A stretch of 43,986 nucleotides of DNA from Tubiluchus corallicola (lineage: Eukaryota; Animalia; Priapulida). Below, piece after piece: positions 38,837-43,986 of this stretch. The number at the start of each line of letters is the position of its first letter. Positions within the stretch are counted from its first letter, which is position 1. The notes under the pieces were generated by a model. That model saw only the letters and a list, made by a program, of their open reading frames with translations. It was not told the DNA's origin and did no database searches. Location: positions 224,798 through 268,783 of the forward strand of contig JAQGDQ010000325.1 in the NCBI GenBank assembly GCA_030141605.1, given 5' to 3'. The position numbers and the translations under genes were made by a program.

Positions 38837-38960
38837 TTTATTCATCTCATTTAAAGTTACACATAATAATATACAATGTTTCTTTAAGATGGTAAACACT
38901 ACATTGAGGCGGGGTGGCAAAAGGCCAAGAGGTCACGTAACAGCCATCCCTATTTGTACG
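38825..38960 (-). mobile_element. Probable 3' end of a CR1/L2-type retroposon
   Basis: On the minus strand, a stem-loop (GGGATGGC...GCCACCCC) is followed by an AT-rich stretch, AATAAA and a (TCTAA)n tail. Confidence 0.5.
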
Positions 38961-39569
38961 ACATTAATATTTAGTTAATGGAGTGACACTGTTAGCAGCT
39001 TGTTGCGAGACAGGTTAATAAATATAAGTAGTATAAATTAATATTAGAAATTGTGTTTTTAACTAAAGAAAGATATATGTGTTATCAATATCTAAATTAC
39101 TTGAAGCCTTTGGTTAGTGTATGCGAAGTAACCGATAAACTAAAATGAAAATACTTTACACAATTATAATACACATAGCACAGTAGTACGAGAGTTTAAC
39201 AGTTGACAAACAGACAATTTAAACAGGTCAAAAAGGTAGTCTGTCCACACTGAAATGGTTTGCCATAGCGAGTTGCTTAGACGATCTTGTTGGATTGGAG
39301 AATAGCATATAACCTGCATAGACAGTTTCACTGGTGTGTAAAAGGAATAAACGAACTATGTAGTACATCAGTGAGGGAGTGAGTGAGTCAATGTGCGCGC
39401 GAGATTTAATATAATTTAATTTAGTTAAAGCACAAGACTAGGAAAAACAATCAAACAAACAAAAAAACAGCTAAAAACGGAAAAAACAGATAAAAATATC
39501 TACATTTTAGTTCACAGAACACCATGAATGCGATCGTGAAATCATTATGGAACACCAAAGTTGAACGTG

Positions 39570-40285
39570 TTACTTATTTTTAATATTTAAAAATCACTTC
39601 TGTGTATTACTAAATCATTTTTAGATATTCATAATCCATTTTTATTTTTCAATATTAATAAATCAGTTTTGTGTTTTCATTTTTGCTTTTTCAATATTAA
39701 AGAATTGTTAAAATAATAAAGGCGTGTTGTTTTAGAATTCAAAAATATTTTATTAGTATCAATAAATCAGTTATAATAATTCGACGCTGATTTGTTAATA
39801 GAATTAACCACATTTGGCAAATAAACGTGACTTCGTCAAAATGGAATTTATTCCGGACCGGTTTCGAACCAAACTATTATTATTCATTATTATGGTATCT
39901 AAAAGAAGGAAATTTACCAGAATTTGGAAACAACATCGAAATACCAGTTCAATAGTTACTAGGCAGAAGAAATGATATGTCGATGTTTTTTCTAAATTAT
40001 GGTAAATTTCTTTGTTTTAGATACCTTAATAATGAATAATAATAGTTTGGTTCGAAACAGGTCGACAATAAATCCCATTTTGACGAAGTTATATTTGTTT
40101 GCCAAATATGGTTAATTCTATTAATACATCAGCTTCGAATTATCATAAGTATCATAACAATTATAACTATCATAGCGATTTATTAATATGTAAAAGTCAT
40201 TTATTAATATTGAAAATCACTTATGAATATTAAAAAATGATTGATGAATATACATAAATGATTTGTTAATATTGGAAAGTAAGCA
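39570..40285. mobile_element. Large AT-rich palindromic (foldback) element
   Basis: Inner arms ~39773-39946 / 39973-40146 include a perfect 32-bp pair (39861-39892 / 40027-40058); more diverged outer arms at ~39570-39670 / 40190-40285. Confidence 0.85.
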
Positions 40286-40786
40286 TTAAGTTTCATTCCG
40301 GAGCTGCACAAATCCAGGTTATATCATCATTTTATCACAAAACACGCTATCACTAATACTTACGTAATGAAGAGCATTTCCATTACCTGCTATAAAAATA
40401 TCTATGGTCTCAAACCCAGAAGTCACAGACCTAACCAGAAGCCATAATCTAATGATTTTAACACACCACCGACAGCAGCTGGGAGCTAATGGCACAACTT
40501 TATGACTTGGCAAGACATTAATGTAGCATTCTAAGCATCGTTGTCAAGAACCTAGCAGGATAATTGCTATCAATCTACCTGACGTTTTAAATTTTTTATC
40601 GTATTTCATGATGGTGCTGCTTAATGCAGTCGTTTGTGGGTATAATGAACAATAAATTACCAATTTGAAGAGCCTGACGATAAATTACTTTTCACTTAGA
40701 TATGAATATCGCTTGATGTTTCAATGTTGCTAAGTAGTTGACTGACAAAAAAGGTTTAACGTGTGGCATAAATAGCCAATACAGGT

Positions 40787-40992
40787 GCTTGTGGCGATAC
40801 CGGATCCTAGTACATTAACAAGGTTATTCTTTTTTTAGAAAACCCACTGAAACGGCAGGGATTTTTAATGCATAAACTTCAAGTTGAAATGCCAAGTTCA
40901 AATGTGTATATACATCTTCCATTGTCGAAGTAAAAAGCCAGGATCAGCAAGGCGAATGAAACCGCCTGAAACGACTATTAAAACAGGTGGTC
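40787..40992. repeat. Unclassified diverged interspersed repeat, copy 2
   Basis: Colinear with 12265-12440. Confidence 0.6.
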
Positions 40993-41331
40993 GTCGATCC
41001 ACTTGCTGCATCGGCATTGCATAACTTTGCAAAAAGACTACGCTTTTTATGGGTATAACAAGTTGTACACTTTCAGAAGACTAAATTTTTCGTAATGTTG
41101 CTATCCAGTGCTGTCTCAATGATACTCATACACTGTGTTTGTTCACATACAGGCTTAAATTTAAAGAGGAAAACGGGATTCTAAATTATGTTCCAAAAAA
41201 CTTTTGTACAATCTTGTATTACTTTGTATTACTCTCACGTTTTTGTAATTGAAAAGGTAATTGTAGTTGTAATTTGTACCTACGTAACTGAAAAGGAAAA
41301 TTCTAAATAATTTACAATGTTAGTACCACCT

Positions 41332-41881
41332 GACTACGGCCATATCACGTTGAAAACACCGGTTCTCGTCTGATCACCGAAGTTAAGCAACGTAGAGCCT
41401 GGTTAGTACTTGGATAGGTGACCGCGTAGCAATACCAGGTGCTGTAGTCTTGCGGGATGCCCACACTGTATCTCGACACTAGTCGGAGGAGCTGCACAAG
41501 CAGCCAACGGCTAGAGGGCGGAGGAAGTCAAGTGACCCAACGGCCATGTGTAGAGGAGTAAACCTTCTCCACAAATCAGGAGTGACGCCCCGAAGGCAGA
41601 CCAGTGCAGCATGCTCACTGACTCCGACAGCTCCTGCAGCCAACCTGGTGCCAAACGTATCACTCCGCTTTCCTTTGGACTACACCAGGGAGGAAGAGAG
41701 GGAGTTCCTGTTGTCTGGGCAACTCAGGATCTCCACACACCTTGCCCAGGCGTGCGCCCTGGAGACGTTCAAGGATCGCACTGCTCAGACACAGTCGACG
41801 CTGCAGCTCCATCAATGTGATCAATAACTGACTCTCTTGGCGCACACTCCATTGTCTTCCGAGACAGAAGGATGCCAACAA
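41332..41881 (+). mobile_element. 5S rRNA-headed SINE (SINE3) with an RTE-derived 3' end, copy 2
   Basis: 119-nt 5S head at 41332-41450 with no oligo-T terminator; body shared with copy 1; SRIALLRHSRRCSS; TSD AGTA(C/T)CACCT (41322-41331 and 41882-41891). Confidence 0.9.
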
Positions 41882-42074
41882 AGTATCACCTGGTTATTGC
41901 ATTGCCTTCTCAGTGTGCACTGCTGATCCACCAAATAAAATAAACAAATTTGTGCTTTTGCATAGTTTGTGACGTTTGCGCCACGAATGGTCTGATTATT
42001 TTTTCAAACTTTGCACAATGTTATCTAAAGTTCTTTCAAACGGCTTATGGTCAAAACGGAAGCCTCTAACCTTC

Positions 42075-42232
42075 AGACCTACCATGTTGGTAAGATGGAT
42101 ACGCTCTACAGGCTACCTCAGACCTACCTACAATGTTGGTAAGACGGATACGCTCTAGTGGCTACCTCAGGCCTACCTACAATATTGGTAAGATGGATAC
42201 GCTCTAGTGGCTACCTCAAATCTACCTACAAT
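42075..42232. repeat. ~49-bp tandem repeat, ~3 copies
   Basis: CAGACCTACCTACAATGTTGGTAAGA(C/T)GGATACGCTCTAGTGGCTACCT. Confidence 0.88.
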
Positions 42233-42390
42233 TTATATATGTACCGCTAGCACAGTATAAAGCAAAAATTCGTCTTTTTGCGAAAATGTAGTACAATTTT
42301 CTTAGTTTTTAATCATAATTGATAATCATACATCTGTACACAATCTATGTATTTTGTGTAACTCTGTTTAAATGAATAATGTACATGTTG

Positions 42391-42436
42391 CGTCTCCTTG
42401 AGGAAGCCCTAAACAGGGCGAAATGTGTAATGGACG
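42391..42436 (+). ncRNA. Decayed type I minimal hammerhead ribozyme (Penelope-type)
   Basis: CGTCT-CC-TTGAGGA-A-GCCCT(AAAC)AGGGC-GAAA-TGTGTAAT-GGACG. Confidence 0.55.
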
Positions 42437-42498
42437 TTTAAAGGGCAAAGATCCCAATCTTGAACTATAGCTCAAAATAAATTCATATAAAACATTAA

Positions 42499-42637
42499 GA
42501 AAAGATAATTGTTTTTTAAGAGTGTCTTACATGCCATAATTATTACAACGGAAGTTTAACTTCACGTTCAAGACTTGTTTCATGCATTTCGCCATTCGCC
42601 AGTTATATGAACCATTTTTATGGCAAATAAAGAATTA

Positions 42638-42668
<31 letters not shown>

Positions 42669-43065
42669 ACGCCTGCCTTTCGATATCGGGTTGCAAAACA
42701 AATAGCCGCTGTACCTCTCAGTTCGTTTTTGACGTAGCAGACGTTTCTGGTGAAACCGATTATGAAACAGCGGTGAGCTTAGAATTTAAATTTTAAGCTT
42801 CCAATTGTGTATCACACTGAATATCTTACAGTAGCACTGTACTTCAATTTTCGCTTTTGCAAACACGTGCAACACGCTCGTGCAATGTTTTGTGCTGTAG
42901 AAAATTATGTTCAGTTCTGACGTCACCGCTTAGTACGCTTACTTGTCGTTAATTCGATTTTAAAGCCATTACTCACTTAGCAGAAACACTATGAACAAGT
43001 GTTAAAATGGACACTAATGCCGCTCTTCAAAATGGGGCAGGATTAAAAAATCGTCATCTTTTCCT
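42499..43065 (-). mobile_element. Kolobok-like non-autonomous element, copy C (inverted, more diverged)
   Basis: Contains TGTACCTCTCAGTT, TAGCACTGTACTTCAA and GAAAATTATGTT; ends AAAAAATCGTCATCTTTTCCT|TTAA; carries a short insertion ending in (TA)n at ~42606-42662. Confidence 0.7.
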
Positions 43066-43689
43066 TTAATGAAACAAATTGGTAACTGAACTGTTCTACT
43101 CTGCTTCGACCACATAAACCAAACATATTTGCATGTTGCATTTTGAATGAAGAAACTGAAAACGCTCGTACAATTCTTATGTAAATCCATAGGCGGAAAA
43201 GATCGCATCTCTAAGCGTCGAACAAATTTGAAGAAATAAAATCGGATTGAAAAGACCGACGAAAAGGCAAATTTATTCACTCTTTTCCCGCCGCAGCATA
43301 AACACAAACAGCTTTGAACAGAAACATATTTATTTGACGCGCTGGCAATTATCTGAGAGATCTTGTTTAGGACGCACCGTTGAAAACGTTAAGAGAACCA
43401 TAGAGCCGGGTTTCAATAGCACAAGTTAATGCGAAATAACAGTCCTGATTTACTTAAATGACAAGAAATGTACCTGGAGTAGGTTTCAGAAAATTCGCCT
43501 TAAAAGATAAAACATTTTTATGCGTATATCGTATTCGTGTTATAAGGAATTTTTGTTTATTTTCATTTTAAATCTCCCGCAATACTGTTCCGACGGCGCC
43601 ACTATATGACGTCATATACGCACAACGTAAATCAGGGGAAGAAAAGACAATGTTGATGTTAATAAGACAATGACAATGAAAAGACAATG

Positions 43690-43986
43690 TTGATTTTCAT
43701 ATTTTGCACATCTATGAAACTTTGATTCTCATATTTTGCACATCAGTGAAACTTTGATTCTCATATTTTGCACATCAGCGAAACTTTGATTCTCATATTG
43801 TGCACATCAGTGAAAACTTTGATTCTCATATTGTGCACACTAGTGAAAACTTTGATTCTCATATTGTGCACATCAGTGAAAACTTTGATTCTCATATTTT
43901 GCACATCTATGAAACTTTGATTCTCATACTGTGCATATCAGTGAAACTTTGATTCTCATATTTTGCACATCAGTGAAACTTTGATT
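43690..43986. repeat. 32-bp minisatellite, at least 9 copies, running off the window end
   Basis: Unit TGATTCTCATATTTTGCACATCAGTGAAACTT. Confidence 0.95.

Noticed and set aside
41332-41450. Functional 5S rRNA genes (also 21840-21957)
   Set aside because: No oligo-T terminator, substitutions in conserved positions, fusion to a shared body, and TSDs: these are SINE heads.
41546-41881. Near-identical small ORFs here and at 22113-22398 as a duplicated gene
   Set aside because: They lie inside the two SINE copies and differ by indels; the informative frame is the short RTE remnant.

Overview
AT-rich eukaryotic genomic DNA, most likely from a lophotrochozoan invertebrate (mollusc/annelid-type 5S sequence and a luqin/RYamide-type receptor; inferred). 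It holds one clear protein-coding gene: a minus-strand rhodopsin-class neuropeptide GPCR of about 420 aa with two coding exons (16802-16035 and 8134-7640) and a 7.9-kb phase-0 GT-AG intron. The rest is micro/minisatellites and non-autonomous mobile elements. Main observations: (1) two TSD-flanked copies of a composite SINE with a full-length 5S rRNA head, a shared body and the coding 3' end of an RTE-clade LINE (SRIGLLSHSRRC); (2) a MITE whose left terminal inverted repeat has been amplified into a 32-bp satellite; (3) decayed Penelope-type minimal hammerhead ribozyme motifs; (4) piggyBac-, Kolobok-, Harbinger- and Helentron-like non-autonomous elements; (5) a dispersed element carrying variable TTAGGG-like tracts. 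Most ORFs in the track are repeat artefacts. No database searches were run, so family names come from recalled motifs and novelty is untested.
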